64,000 bases of DNA. It comes from an uncultured Planctomycetaceae bacterium. GTDB taxonomy: Bacteria > Planctomycetota > Planctomycetia > Planctomycetales > Planctomycetaceae. The notes under the pieces were generated by a model. The model did no database searches and was not told the origin of the DNA. It was given only the letters and a program-made list of their open reading frames with translations. The stretch spans positions 32,001-96,000 of the forward strand of contig CAWFGE010000007.1 in assembly GCA_963815195.1 (NCBI GenBank), given 5' to 3'. This document shows positions 1 through 11,749 of the stretch, piece after piece; within the stretch, counting starts at the first letter, position 1, and each line of letters opens with the position of its first letter. The position numbers and the translations under genes are program-made.

Positions 1-269
1 CAGTAGGCTGAATGTCGAAGATACGATCTCTCAATTCTACAAAATCCTTGTCCCATTATCTTCAGTTTTTCAAATCGAGAGAATGGCGAACGCCCTCTCC
101 AATCCGCACGAGTTCCACTGGAAAGAATGAAGAACGACACGCGTTTCTCGCAAGAAATCGCAATCGAAGAATATATCGAATGGATTCGCATCCGTCATCG
201 ACCTTCAAATTCTTGGGGCGCAGCGGCCTCACGTGGTTCTACCTCTTTTTGACATGAACGGAGTGAGCA

Positions 270-1022
270 ATGTTTACTGAAAATGCTTTTCAAGACATGG
301 GACTCGAACAACAGGCTCAAAAGTTCCACCGGCGAGCAATGTTACACACAGTCGCGGCCGGTGCGGTAGCTCTCGGGCTGGCTGGCGGCACCAGCGCCGC
401 ACGGGCGGAGGATCACACACTAACCAAGCCCAGCGATTCGGATCTGCCTGAAGCTGACTCCTCGCTCCTCAAGGAGAAGTCGAAGTGCCCTGATTTGCTT
501 AAAGTGTCGAAAATCCTCAAAGCACGAGTCTACCTGGGCAACTGTGAGAGATGCCCTTGCAGCGAGGACATCAATTTTATCGTCCCTTACACCGTCAGCG
601 GCTATTTGTACGTCAATGATGCCTGTGACGAGACCGCAAAAATCTGGCCCGATCGAACAAAAGTGGCGGCAGAAGCCGTTATGACGCTGCGCCAGACCAA
701 ATGTGAAAACCAGCTGCACCTGGTGGGATCCAACGAGGGCACCATCAAGATCTATGGAAATGCGGGAGGCATTGTGGCGGACCTCTTCGGCACCCAAGGG
801 TTCGAAACGCACGCATCAGGCGAAAAGCGGTGCTGTGCGCCGGATCATGGCGAGGGCACTTGGAATGGGCGCGGCTACGAAAAACTTGAGGGATGCAGGC
901 TGTGTGTGTCGTATGTCAGCCAGCTCTATAAATTGAACCCGAAAGACCCCTGCGAAATGCGATCAATTTCCATGACGGCCAGTCTGGATGGAGTGCTGAT
1001 CTGTCCCTGCGGAAAACTATAG
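270..1022 (+). CDS. Tat-exported cysteine-rich hypothetical protein
   Basis: RRAML twin-arginine motif, hydrophobic stretch and AARA cleavage-like site; 13 Cys in the mature part. Confidence 0.7.
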   Translation: MFTENAFQDMGLEQQAQKFHRRAMLHTVAAGAVALGLAGGTSAARAEDHTLTKPSDSDLPEADSSLLKEKSKCPDLLKVSKILKARVYLGNCERCPCSEDINFIVPYTVSGYLYVNDACDETAKIWPDRTKVAAEAVMTLRQTKCENQLHLVGSNEGTIKIYGNAGGIVADLFGTQGFETHASGEKRCCAPDHGEGTWNGRGYEKLEGCRLCVSYVSQLYKLNPKDPCEMRSISMTASLDGVLICPCGKL

Positions 1023-1278
1023 CAGCCGGTGGAATTCAAAGTCGCGGGTTGACTTCCGGCCACAACGGACTTGCATCATGGCGTCAGTCCCTTACCCCAT
1101 ACTTTAAGGTTCCAGAAATGAAGCGGTGGATTTCGGCTGCAGTCGCGATTTTATTGACCGCCCAAGAGGCATAGCAGGAGAAATCACTCCTGAAAGCGTT
1201 TTGTGAGAGACTTTTGTAGTGGTCGGCCGTTGTGAAACCAAAACATGATGAGGATTCTTATCAGCGAAGGGGGAAAGC

Positions 1279-1995
1279 ATGGCAATCAGCGAAACTGAAA
1301 ACCTGCAACAAGATGAGGATTACTATCAGGAAGATGAACACCCCGCCCGAACAGGGCCAAGGGAAATTCCAATTTATAACTACTCTCAGCCATTTGCAAA
1401 AGACATCACACGTGGCGAAATTGCAGCTGGAGCGACCATTCTTTTCCTGTGGCTCGTCTTCTTTGGGGCGGGCTTATTCGTCCCGACTTCCGGAATGCGA
1501 GACGCACTCTGGCAAGGCGGTGCGGATTCGGTCTTAAAAACAATCGGCTATGTATTGGCTGTGGGCGCAGGTTATACCTTAACTAACGTCCTATTCCTTT
1601 CGTGCTTTACGGCATATTTGGGCGGGATGGCCCAGCGATGGCAGGTGGGAGACGGACTGGAAAAAATCCCCGAGAACACTCAATGCGTCCCACCGACCAG
1701 AATCTATATTGCCGCTTTGCTTCGCGGCTTCTTTCTCTATCTCATGTTCCTTTCGGGGTTTCTCGTTGTCTCCACAGAACAAACCGTGACTCAGACCGAG
1801 TTCTCCCAATACATCCGCATTGCAGGGATGATCTCCATCGTCGGCTTCATTGTCGGCTACGATCCAAACCTCCTCCTGCGACTGATGCAAAGAATTCTCA
1901 GTATCGCCAGCTTGCCTCCCACAAGGGAGAAGACTGCCACGACAACCAATTCCGCAGAACGCCATTCCCCTCAAAATCCTGCGCCAAAGGGGTAA
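1279..1995 (+). CDS. Hypothetical membrane protein (about 4 TM segments)
   Basis: 238-aa ORF with several hydrophobic segments; GGGGG RBS-like motif upstream. Confidence 0.65.
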   Translation: MAISETENLQQDEDYYQEDEHPARTGPREIPIYNYSQPFAKDITRGEIAAGATILFLWLVFFGAGLFVPTSGMRDALWQGGADSVLKTIGYVLAVGAGYTLTNVLFLSCFTAYLGGMAQRWQVGDGLEKIPENTQCVPPTRIYIAALLRGFFLYLMFLSGFLVVSTEQTVTQTEFSQYIRIAGMISIVGFIVGYDPNLLLRLMQRILSIASLPPTREKTATTTNSAERHSPQNPAPKG

Positions 1996-2065
1996 AGCCG
2001 GGCGTCTATGGAGATTTGCGATTTGTGGAACTCGTTCCAATTCTTCGGCCGAAAGGCGGGATACC

Positions 2066-3512
2066 GTGTACCGAATCAGCTTTCAAAGAACGCTCATCCT
2101 TATCATCTTGTTGCTGGCTCCGGCTCGGTCGGCCTTTCCTCAAGGCGGCTACAACGACGATCGTGTCATGATCCAGGGGTTTCAGTGGGAATCCCACCAG
2201 GATGGGAAGTACACCGCTCCGGGAGGAACCGAATACGAAGTGCACTGGACGGGACGGTGGTACGACCATGTCCGGGATCAGGTCGAGCAGCTTTCGGCGG
2301 CCAAGTTTGACCTGATCTGGCTGCCACCGCCCTCCCAAGGGGAAGGTGCCGGATATCATCCTCAGCAGTTAAACAGTTTCAGCAACAATTACGGGACGGA
2401 AGAGCAACATCGGAAACTGCTGCGAGCTTTGCTCGAAAAGGGCATTGAACCGGTCGCCGACGTGGTCATCAACCATCGCACGGGGACGGGCGGTCTGGGC
2501 GACGTTTAAGAACCCGGAATGGCCGTCGCGTTTTATTTGTTCGACGGATGAGTTCTGGTTCCAGGATTCCAGCCAAGTGACAGAAGCAGATCGGGCGATC
2601 TTGAAGAAGGGCGAGAAAGGAAGCCCGGATTTTCAATTCTCGAACTACCCCAACTGGCCGGGGGCAAGGGATCTCGACCACAGCAATCCGGATCTCCGGG
2701 CCGAGATCAAGAAGTACCTCAAACGGCTTCGGGACTTCGGCTACCGCGGTTGGCGTTACGACATGGTGAAAGGCTTCGCTCCCGGTTATGTCGCGGAATA
2801 TGACTACGATTCTCAGCCGACATTCGCGGTGGGCGAGTTTTGGGACAACAACCCTTATGTGCTGACCCAGTGGGTGGATGGAACAAAAATGTATGGTCAG
2901 CCGGATCCTGCGGAACGGGCCTGTTCGGCGTTCGATTTCGCGACCTACGAACTGTTGAGGGATTTCATCAACGCGGGAAAGTACAACCATCTCCCGGCGG
3001 TTCATTTCAAAGACGGCGTTTATGACGGCCTCATTGCCGTCAACAAGGACAAAGCGGTGACGTTCCTGGAAAACCACGACACGGGATTTCCGCAGAAGCA
3101 GTTCGACTCGTTTCCGAACAACGAGAAACTCCTGCAAGGCTATGCGTACATTCTCACGCACCCCGGCTTGCCGTGCGTTTACTGGAAGCATTACTTCGAG
3201 TGGGGCCGCGACGAGGAAATCCAAGCCTTGGTTCGCGCCCGAAAGTATGCCGGAGTCCACAGTGGGAGCTACATCAAATCGGAGGTGCACGGTAGCGACT
3301 ACGTGGCCATTGTCGGTGACAAACCCGCCGAGAGCAGCACGCTCATCGTCAAGATCGGCCCTGGTTTGGAATTCAAACCCGACGAAAACGTTTGGGGCCT
3401 GGAAACATCGGGAACGGGATACGCCGTCTGGGTGCGAAAGTCCAAAAAGGCGGAGACAAAAGCTGACGTCGAGAGTTCGAAATCTCCTCTACGTATGCCA
3501 GGCGAAAGCTGA
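2066..3512 (+). CDS. Secreted GH13 alpha-amylase (plant AmyA/maltotetraose-forming type), frameshift near 2490
   Basis: Signal peptide, MIQGFQWES, WLPPPS, DVVINHR, GWRYDMVKG, VGEFW and FLENHDT GH13 motifs across two overlapping ORFs. Confidence 0.9.
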
Positions 3513-4343
3513 AACGGTAGATCCCAGAGAACTGCCGAATTCATTGCCTGTGTTTTTGCTGATTGCTGGCTGTTACCGATTAAAAATTAAAACACGAAGG
3601 GACTAGCATGCCGATTCGAACGTGCACAAACCATCTTGCAGAGTTCCAGCAGGCGCTATGCGGTGATTGGTGTAACTTGCCATTCGGAGAAATTGACGGT
3701 AAATCGGTCGGCGGCGAGGATAACCCCCTGTCCTACAACATCATGCCATTGCCCGAAGCCGCCGATCTCGAATGTCTGGGCCGAGTGGAGTTTGTCGGCA
3801 ACGTAAAGCATCGCAAAAACCTCACTGCCATTAGTGCCATTCTTCTTTTCTGGGAACAAATCTAGCTTTTCAAGAAGAAACTCACACGACGGCTCTTCGG
3901 AGTATCCATAAAGAAATAAAGATGGGACGTTTGGAACTGGCGCACTCCCGTGTGATCCCATCGGTGCCGGCGCGGCTAATGAGGCGATCCGACTGACTAG
4001 AAGCATCAACGCCGGTAAAACGAAAACGATTGTGGACACGGAGAATAAGATTCGCCTTGGCAATAGGGGGACCAGGCCATGCTGGTGAATCCCCAAAACA
4101 AGGTCGTGGATCGCGTGTCTAATACTCGCAGTCAGGTTAGGCGCGGTGTGTTTATTGCGTTTTGACACTTCTGACCATCGAGACGTGCATTATTGGTGCG
4201 GTCCCATCACGGGATTCTCGATCCTGATGGCGTAGAAATAGATGGGCCTGATAAGTGATTTTTCACAGTCACGTGTTTCCCTGGCCAGTTCAGGTTAGCT
4301 GAATCGTTCTCCGGTAATCCCTCAAACAGAAAGCGAGTTGCCC

Positions 4344-5859
4344 ATGTCGATTCCATTCAGCGGTAAGGAATTCACATTTACCCAACCCGACGGCACAGCC
4401 CTCCGAGTCCGGGGCTGGGGCGATCAGTACCACGCGGTCTTCGAAACCCTCAATGGCTATACGGTCGTCGAAGATCCGGCCACTGGCTTCTACCAGTACG
4501 CGGACGTCAGCGCAGACGGGGACGATCTGATCCCTACAGGAGCGCGGCCGCGGCTCGTGAACCCCCAGAATTTAGGCCTAAAACCTGGAAACCGTGTGTC
4601 GCGAGCGGCGGCCAAGGCCAAGGCGGTGGAACGCCCAGGCCTGCCGCGCGGCAACTCCCGGTGGGAGCAACGACGTCGGCAATTCAAGCAGATACTACGA
4701 GAGCGCAGCGGCCGCTCCCGGCGTAGTGCCCGCCCCACCTCACCGCGAGACTGTCGGCGACTTCGTGGGTCTCTGCCTTCTGGTGGAGTTCCCTGATGTC
4801 CCCGGAAGCATCACCCGCGACGAGGTAGATGACTTTTGCAATAAGGCCGGCTACACGAGTTTTGGAAACAACGGTTCGGTGTATGACTACTTTTTGGAAA
4901 CCACCGGCGGCCGGCTCAAGTACAAGAACATCGTGGCGCCATACTACATGGCCCAACACCCCCGGAGTTACTACACGAACGAGGCCATCGCTCAGCCGAT
5001 CCGGGCGCGGCAGTTGATTAAAGAGGCTTTGGACTACCACCGCGCCCACGGCTTTGACTTCACCGGCCTGACGACCGACGACCAGGAGTACGTCTATGCG
5101 GCAAACGTATTTTATGCAGGGACGCGGGTGAACAACTGGGCGAAAGGACTTTGGCCCCACTCCTATCACCTCCAGACGCCGTACACACTCGCCCCGGGGA
5201 AGAATGCCTTCGATTATCAAATCACCGACATGAGCAGCGAGTTATCGCTGGGGACGTTTTGCCATGAGAACGGCCACATGATTTGCGACTTCCCCGACCT
5301 TTACGACTACGGATACGAATCGGCCGGGATCGGCGTGTACTGCCTCATGTGTGCCGGGCCGAATGCCGACGAAAAAAATCCGCCTCATGTCGGCGCTTAC
5401 CTCAAGTACAAAGCTGGGTGGGCGCAGTCGCTGACGAAGATCACCGCCGGATTGGCCGGAACCGCGGAGGCCGGATCGAATAAGTTCTTCATACACCGCG
5501 CGGGGCCGACCGAGTACTTCATCATTGAGAACCGTTTCAAGCAGGGACGCGACCAGATTCTGCCGTGTTCCGGCTTGGCTATCTGGCATGTCGACGAGTT
5601 GGGCGACAACCAGAATGAACAGATGACTGCGGTCCTTCACTATGAGTGCTCGCTGGTGCAGGCCGATGGTCGTCACGACCTAGAAGATGATCCGCACAAC
5701 CTCGGCGATGCCACCGACCTTTTTGCACAAGGCGTCAACGCCCATTTCGGCAAATCAACGAATCCCAATAGCAAATGGTGGGATGGATCCGATTCCGGTT
5801 TGGACATTAGCGTCATCGGGCCAGCCGGCCCGCAAATGACGTTCACGGGCAATGCCTGA
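4344..5859 (+). CDS. M6-family (immune inhibitor A-like) zinc metalloprotease, frameshift near 4700
   Basis: N-terminal FTQPDGT..GDQY prodomain, HENGHMICDFPDLYD zinc motif, EYFIIENR and GLAIWHVDE motifs. Confidence 0.9.
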
Positions 5860-5980
5860 TTGCGATGGCCAATGGCTTTGGGCGTTAAGGTTCGTTCGCT
5901 GGGTGGGTGTTTTCGCGATTTCTCCACTTCATTCTGCAGCATTTAGATGACCTGGTAAAATCTTCCAGGGATTCACCACT

Positions 5981-6890
5981 TGCCCCAATCCATCCACAGG
6001 GACTGACCCGCGAACACATTTGCAAGCACTTGCCGACTTGGATACCGGCGCGAACCATCCGTTCGGCCAGCCCACCGGCTACGAATTGGTACACGACGGA
6101 AAGCGTTACGCCCCAAAGGCCGTGATCGGTTTGGCCTGCTGGGGCGGATTTTGGAACCGCAGGAATTTCGCGGCGGTGAGGCCCCGGGCAGGCGAATTAC
6201 GTGCTGCGACATTTGGGATTCGCCGTCGTCCCCAAAGGCGAACAGCCAGACGACGAAGGCCAGGAATCGCGGCAACCCTGGTCCGAAGCCGAGGTCAATC
6301 TGCTGGTTGCGGATTACTTCGACATGCTGCGGGCCGAATTCTTGGGCCAATCCTACAATAAGGCCCAGCACCGAAGGACGCCGAGTCCCCAGCTAAATGG
6401 CCGATCGGACGGTTCCATTGAATTCAAGCACCAAAACGTGAGTGCGGTGCTGGTCGATCGCGGGCTGCCCTATATTGAAGGCTACAAACCGCGGAGCAAC
6501 GACCAGGGCCTTCTGGTCCAGGCCGTGGACGCGTACCTGGAAAATCATCCCGATTTTTCTTGACCAAATTGCCAACAGCCCAACGATCGATCCACCCGGC
6601 GTCCCCAAAATCATCAGCCCAAACCCTGACCAGATCATCGAACCGCCGCCCGAGCAGATTATCGCCCCGCAATTCGACGGCAAACCGTTGCTGTCCCGAC
6701 GTGGTCGGCGGATCGATTTCGCCCAACGGGATGCCGCGAACCGGAGGCTTGGGAAAATGGGTGAGGAATTTGTCGTGCACCTGGAACGCCATCGCCTGCA
6801 GGCAATCGGCCGGGACGATCTGGCCCTGCGGGTCGAATGGGTCGCCCAGACCATTGGCGATGGGCTGGGCTTCGACATATTGTCTTTCAA
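5981..6890 (+). pseudogene. DUF3883 (NO VEIN C-terminal-like) nuclease-domain gene with McrA-like N-terminal head; frameshifted and 3'-truncated at the CRISPR array
   Basis: Fragments HPFGQPTGYELVHDGKRYAPKAVIG, WSEAEVNLLVADYFDML..SIEFKHQNVSAVL and NRRLGKMGEEFV..GDGLGFDILSF; the expected IEVK motif is absent. Confidence 0.75.
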
Positions 6891-7265
6891 CGGGGCCGCG
6901 GTCATTCAACCGCGGAAACGCCATCTGTTGGCCGGCCGCAACACGCCAACCCTCTCCGCTTCAATGGGGCCGCGGTCATTCAACCGCGGAAACGGTACCT
7001 ATGGTCTCGTACCCTTGGACGCTACCGGAGTAGCTTCAATGGGGCCGCGGTCATTCAACCGCGGAAACTGCCTAACGAACAAATCCCAGGAGTCCAGACA
7101 CGCGCTTCAATGGGGCCGCGGTCATTCAACCGCGGAAACCCGGATACTCATAGTCAAAAGCAAGCTCCTGCTCGGTCGCTTCAATGGGGCCGCGGTCATT
7201 CAACCGCGGAAACAAGGAACTGTTGAAATGCCTCCGACGCAAACCGCGGCTTCAATGGGGCCGCG
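6884..7265 (-). CRISPR. Orphan CRISPR array, type I-G (I-U)-like repeat; 5 full repeats plus a truncated 6th, 5 spacers
   Basis: 36-bp repeat GCTTCAATGGGGCCGCGGTCATTCAACCGCGGAAAC at 6884 (3 mismatches), 6958, 7033, 7104, 7178 and 17 bp at 7249; spacers 38, 39, 35, 38, 35 bp; CCGCGG hairpin; reverse complement ends ATTGAAGC; no cas genes in the window. Confidence 0.97.
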
Positions 7266-7390
7266 TGGAGATCGGCGTGCAATTGGGACCCACTTCGGGG
7301 GCAGGATCGGCGCGGAAAATGGACCCACCGTAGAAAACTTCGCATGCTACAGGATTGGAGGAGTCTGGTCCTGTTTCAGCGGAGGAGAGG

Positions 7391-8935
7391 ATGCTCACGG
7401 TGGACGATTATGCACGGATTCGTTGGGCTTATCGCGATGGCATGAGCCTCAGGGAAATTGAGAGAACATTTCATCACTCGCGAAAAAAGATTCGTGAGGT
7501 CTTGCGAGGCGCGGGCGAGCCGACGCCTTACGGCGGCAGCAAGCGGCTCCCCAATTGGGACGGTTTCACGATCGCATCCTGGAGATTCTCAAAGAGGATG
7601 AATCCGCGCCGCCCAAGCAGCGGCATACGCGGATGCGGATCTTCGAGCGGATCCGGGACGAAGACGGATACACGGGCGGCTATGATGCCGTGCGGCGGTT
7701 CGTGAACCGGCATCGGAAAAACCATGCTGAGACGTTCATCCCGTTGGATCATCGGCCCGGCCAGCGAATCGAAGCCGACTTTGGCGAGATTTCGGTGGAC
7801 TTCCCCGACGGTCGCCGGAAGGTCAACGTGCTGATCCTGGTCTGGTCGTACTCCAACCTTCCGTTCGCGGTGGCGCTGCCGACGCAGCGAACCGAAGCGA
7901 TCTTGGAGGGCATGACGCAGGCGTTTGATTTTTTCGGGTGTGTGCCGGAAGAAGTCTGGTGGGACAATCCGAAGACGGTGGCCGAGACGCTGTTGGCGGG
8001 GCGGTCGCGGAAGATCAACCCACGTTATCAAGCGCTCGCCAGTCACTATGTTTTCGATCCGCTGTTCTGCATGCCTGCGCGGGGCAATGAAAAGCCGGTG
8101 GTGGAAAACCGCGTGAAGACGTTGGAGCGGAAATGGTCCACGCCCGTGCCTCGGGTGAAGGATATGGAAGAGTTCAATGCTTATCTTCGCGAGTGCTGTT
8201 TGAAGGAACACGATCGCTGCAGCAGCGGCCAGACGCAAACGATTGGGGAGCGCTTTGCGGAGGAAAAACAGCGATCCGCTCCGCTTCCGGGGCCGCGGTT
8301 TGATCCCTGCATCCGGCAATCGGCGAAGGTCAACAAGTATCAGTTCGCGCGGTTCGACAACGTGAACTACAGCGTGCCTCGCCACGCCGCGTTTCAAACG
8401 GTGACGGTCAAAGGCTATGTGGATCGCGTCGAGATTGTGCTGAACGAAACCGTCATCGCCGTCCATAAACGGAGCTATCAGGCGGGCGAGGATGTGCTGG
8501 ATCCTTTGCACTATTTGACCACATTAACGCGTCGCCCGGCGGCTTTGGATCATGCGAACGTGTATCGCGATTGGAAGCTGCCCGCCGTGTTCGGCGAACT
8601 CCGCGAGCGTTTGGAAAGGCGGCACGGTCCCCACGCGGGCGTGCGGCAATTCGTGCGGGTGCTGCAGTTGCTGGCCGAGCATCCGCTCTCGCGCGTGCAG
8701 GCGGCGATCGAGCAACTTCGCGGCCCCGAAGGAGCCGATGCCGATCGCATCATTCGCCGCGTGGAAGCCTCCGCCCTCCGCCTGTCGGAAACATCGTCCG
8801 AGGGCATTTCCACTCCGATCGAGTGCGAACACCCCGGCGTGTTGTCGGTTCAAGTTCCCTGTCCGAGCTTGAGCCATTTTGACCAGTTCCTGTCCTCCTT
8901 CCAAGGAGATTCCGATTATGTCCCCGAACCCGAAA
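7391..8935 (+). CDS. istA: IS21 transposase IstA (frameshift near 7530-7555; 3' end overlaps istB and is approximate)
   Basis: HTH N-terminus, PGQRIEADFGE, VWWDNPKT, NEKPVVENRV and FDNVNYSVP motifs. Confidence 0.92.
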
Positions 8936-9276
8936 CACGATGCCAACCAGATGCTCCTCAAGGCCAACCTCAAGCAACTCCGGCTGCCGACAATCCTGGC
9001 CGAGTACGAGAAGTTGGCCCGCGAAGCGAGTGCCTCGAACCAGACCTTCGAGCAGTACCTGCTCCGGTTGACCGAACTGGAGGTCGCGGCCCGGCAGACC
9101 AATGCCTTGAACAGCCGGATCCGCAATGCGAACTTTCCGGTGGAGAAGGGACTGGAGGATTACGACTTCCAAGCGGTGCCCGGCCTCCACAAACAAACGA
9201 TTTTGGAGTTGGCCCGCGGGGAGTGGATTGCCCAGCATTTCAATGTGTGTTTTCTCGGCCAACCGGGGACGGGAAA

Positions 9277-9677
9277 GGTCCGACCATCACAAGACACCTC
9301 TGGTCACTCAGTTATCGCGCGGTGAGATCACCGTCATCGATCCGGCCCATCCGCTTTATGGCCGAACATTTGATTTGTTCGGCTTAGCCCGCCTGCCAGG
9401 TTATCGTCAGTATTATCAAGTCGAGATTTTTCCTGACGAGATGACCTACATCGACGTCAGCAGCACGAACCTTTCCACCGCTCCTCCCCAAAAAACTTCC
9501 TGTCTGACCCTGGACGCGCTCCAGGATTTGGTGACTACCTTTCGGGATATTCTTTCTCGGAGGGAAGCCGATGTCACCCATTGCCACGGACCAGGTGTGG
9601 AACCGTCTGACTCTTCCAGAGCAGCAGCGGATCATCCAGCAAATCGTCGTCATTCTAACGGAGGAACTGGAGCATGA
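9277..9677 (+). CDS. Element ORF1 (Y4bD/Y4pK/DUF5372-like), with no ATG of its own in the integrated state
   Basis: Open frame RSDHHKTPLVTQLSRGEITVIDPAHPLYGRTFDL..; its stop overlaps the recombinase start (ATGA); family call from recalled motif only. Confidence 0.65.
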
Positions 9678-9855
9678 ACGGATCGATGAAAGTCAGCACC
9701 AGCCATTTGAATCGCCGCGGGATCGTATATCTTCGTCAGAGCACGACGAAGCAGGTCGAGAAAAACCAAGAGAGTGCCCACAACCAGCGAGCCTTGAAAA
9801 CCCGGTTGTTGGAGTTGGGGTGGAAGCCGGAACAAGTCAGCATCCTGGAGGATGA
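9571..9855 (+). CDS. Element ORF2, small helical protein overlapping ORF1 and the recombinase
   Basis: GGAGGG RBS, then MSPIATDQVWNRLTLPEQQRIIQQIVVIL; identical in copy B (46603-46887). Confidence 0.55.
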   Translation: MSPIATDQVWNRLTLPEQQRIIQQIVVILTEELEHERIDESQHQPFESPRDRISSSEHDEAGREKPRECPQPASLENPVVGVGVEAGTSQHPGG

Positions 9856-11749
9856 TCAAGGGCAATCGGCCACGCAAACGGCGGGACGCGGGGCCTTTCA
9901 ACAGATGGTCGCCGACGTCGGCTTGGGTAAGGTCGGCATCATTCTGGGCTATGAAGTTTCACGGCTTTCCCGCAACGATGTGGATTGGCATCGACTGTTG
10001 GAATTGTGTGCGATCTTTGACACACTCATCGGTGATGTGGATGGGTTGTATCATCCACGGGATTTCAACGACAGGCTCCTCTTAGGCTTGAAGGGCACGA
10101 TGTCTTCGGCAGACTCCATAGCCTCCGATTGCGATTGGACGCGGGTCGATTGTCGAAGGCCGCGCGGGGCGAGTTGGTGCAAAACTTGCCGACGGGCTTG
10201 GTCCGCAATCTGGACAAGACGGTGATGCTCGATCCCGATCTGAGCATTCAAAAGCGATTGCATTTGGTGTTCGACAAGTTCGTGGAGTTGGGCACGATTC
10301 AAAAAGTCTTGACGTTCCTGGCCAAGAAAAATTTGAAGATTCCCCGGCGCCAAGTTTCGGGCCTTTATGCGGGCGAAGTGTTTTGGAGAGAAGCCACGGC
10401 CGCTTCGTTGGGCTCGATCCTGCATAACCCGGCTTATGCAGGCGCGTTTGCTCATGGGCGTCGGCAAGTCGATCCCACGCTACGAATTCCCGGTCGTCCT
10501 GCCACGGGTCGCACGCGCCGGCCCCAAGCGGAATGGTCGGTCTTAATTCCCGGCATCTACCCGGCCTATATCAGTTGGGAGCAGTACGAAGACAACCAAC
10601 GCCGAATCGCTCAAAACAACCTCCGCATCCAACAACGACTCGCCGCCAAGCAAGCCATCCGCAACGGCTGCGCGTTGTTAACGGGCTTATTGCGCTGCGG
10701 AAAATGCGGTCGAACGATGGGAGTGAATTACAAGGAGAACCGCTTTCAATACTCATGCAATTCTGGCTATCGGCATTACGCCCAACGATCCTGCCAGTAC
10801 TTGGGCGGCAACAAGATCGACGAGGCGGTGACGGAAGCTTTCTTTGAAGTGCTGCGGCCTGCCGAGATCGATGTGTTGGAGAAACTCTCCGCCGAAAGGG
10901 CTCGCACGCATGCGGACGTGGTTCGGCATTTGGAGCAAGACGTCGGGCGACTTGCAATACGCCGCCCATCGGGCCGAGCAACAATACGACTGTGTCGATC
11001 CCAAGAACCGTTTGATTGCGGCCAGTCTGGAAGAGAAATGGGAATCGGCTTTGTTGGCGCAAAAGCAAGCCGAAGAAAACCTGGCGGATGCCCGCCGAGA
11101 AATTCCCCAACCGATCCGCGTACCGAAGTCCTTGCGAGACGCCTTCGCGGATGTCGGGCGGCAGCTTCCCGAACTCTGGCCCGAGTTGTCTTGGGAGGCG
11201 AAGAAGTCGTTGTTGCGGACGATGATTACGGGAGTCAATCTTCACCGGCAATCGGATGGGCTGGTGCAAATTCGCATGGTCTGGGCCGGCGGTTCGGTGA
11301 CCGAAACGTCGGCTCTCCTACGGCGTTTTTCAATGAAACACACGGACTTGGAAGAGCACATCGTGGAACGCATCCGGCAAGAAACCAGCGAAGGCCGGTC
11401 GAGTGAAATGATCGCGGCGGATCTCAATCGCGAAGGCCATCATCCCTGTCGTGGCGAACAATTCACCTCGCAAATCGTGAACAAGTTAAGACATCGCTAC
11501 CGGATCAAAAGCCCGCGTGCAAAGAACCTGCCCCATGCCTGGACCGCCGCGGAAATGGCTCAGGAAATCGGGCACAACATATCCTGGATGTATCATAAAA
11601 TTGAGCAAAGACAGATCGTGGTTTCTGTCGATCCAACTTATCGGTGCTATCTGTTTCCCAAAACTGAGGAGGTTAAAGACGCCATGCTAAAACTCAAAAA
11701 TCACGAAACCGAGCAAATCACTATCCCAAGGGGGCACAACAATGGCTGA
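9674..11749 (+). CDS. Large serine recombinase (~690 aa once two indels are corrected from copy B)
   Basis: IVYLRQST catalytic Ser motif, EVSRLSRN, LLGLKGTMS, ILHNPAYAG, zinc ribbon LLTGLLRCGKCG..YSC..C. Confidence 0.93.

Noticed and set aside
3608..4168. Short ORFs between the amylase and the M6 protease
   Set aside because: No recognisable motif; possibly gene fragments, but not supportable from sequence alone.
6920..7248. Self-targeting spacers
   Set aside because: No match to the five spacers was seen in this window by eye; a proper search is still needed.
6442..7461. 339-aa ORF with repeated MGPRSFNRGN peptides
   Set aside because: This is translation through the CRISPR array, not a repeat protein.
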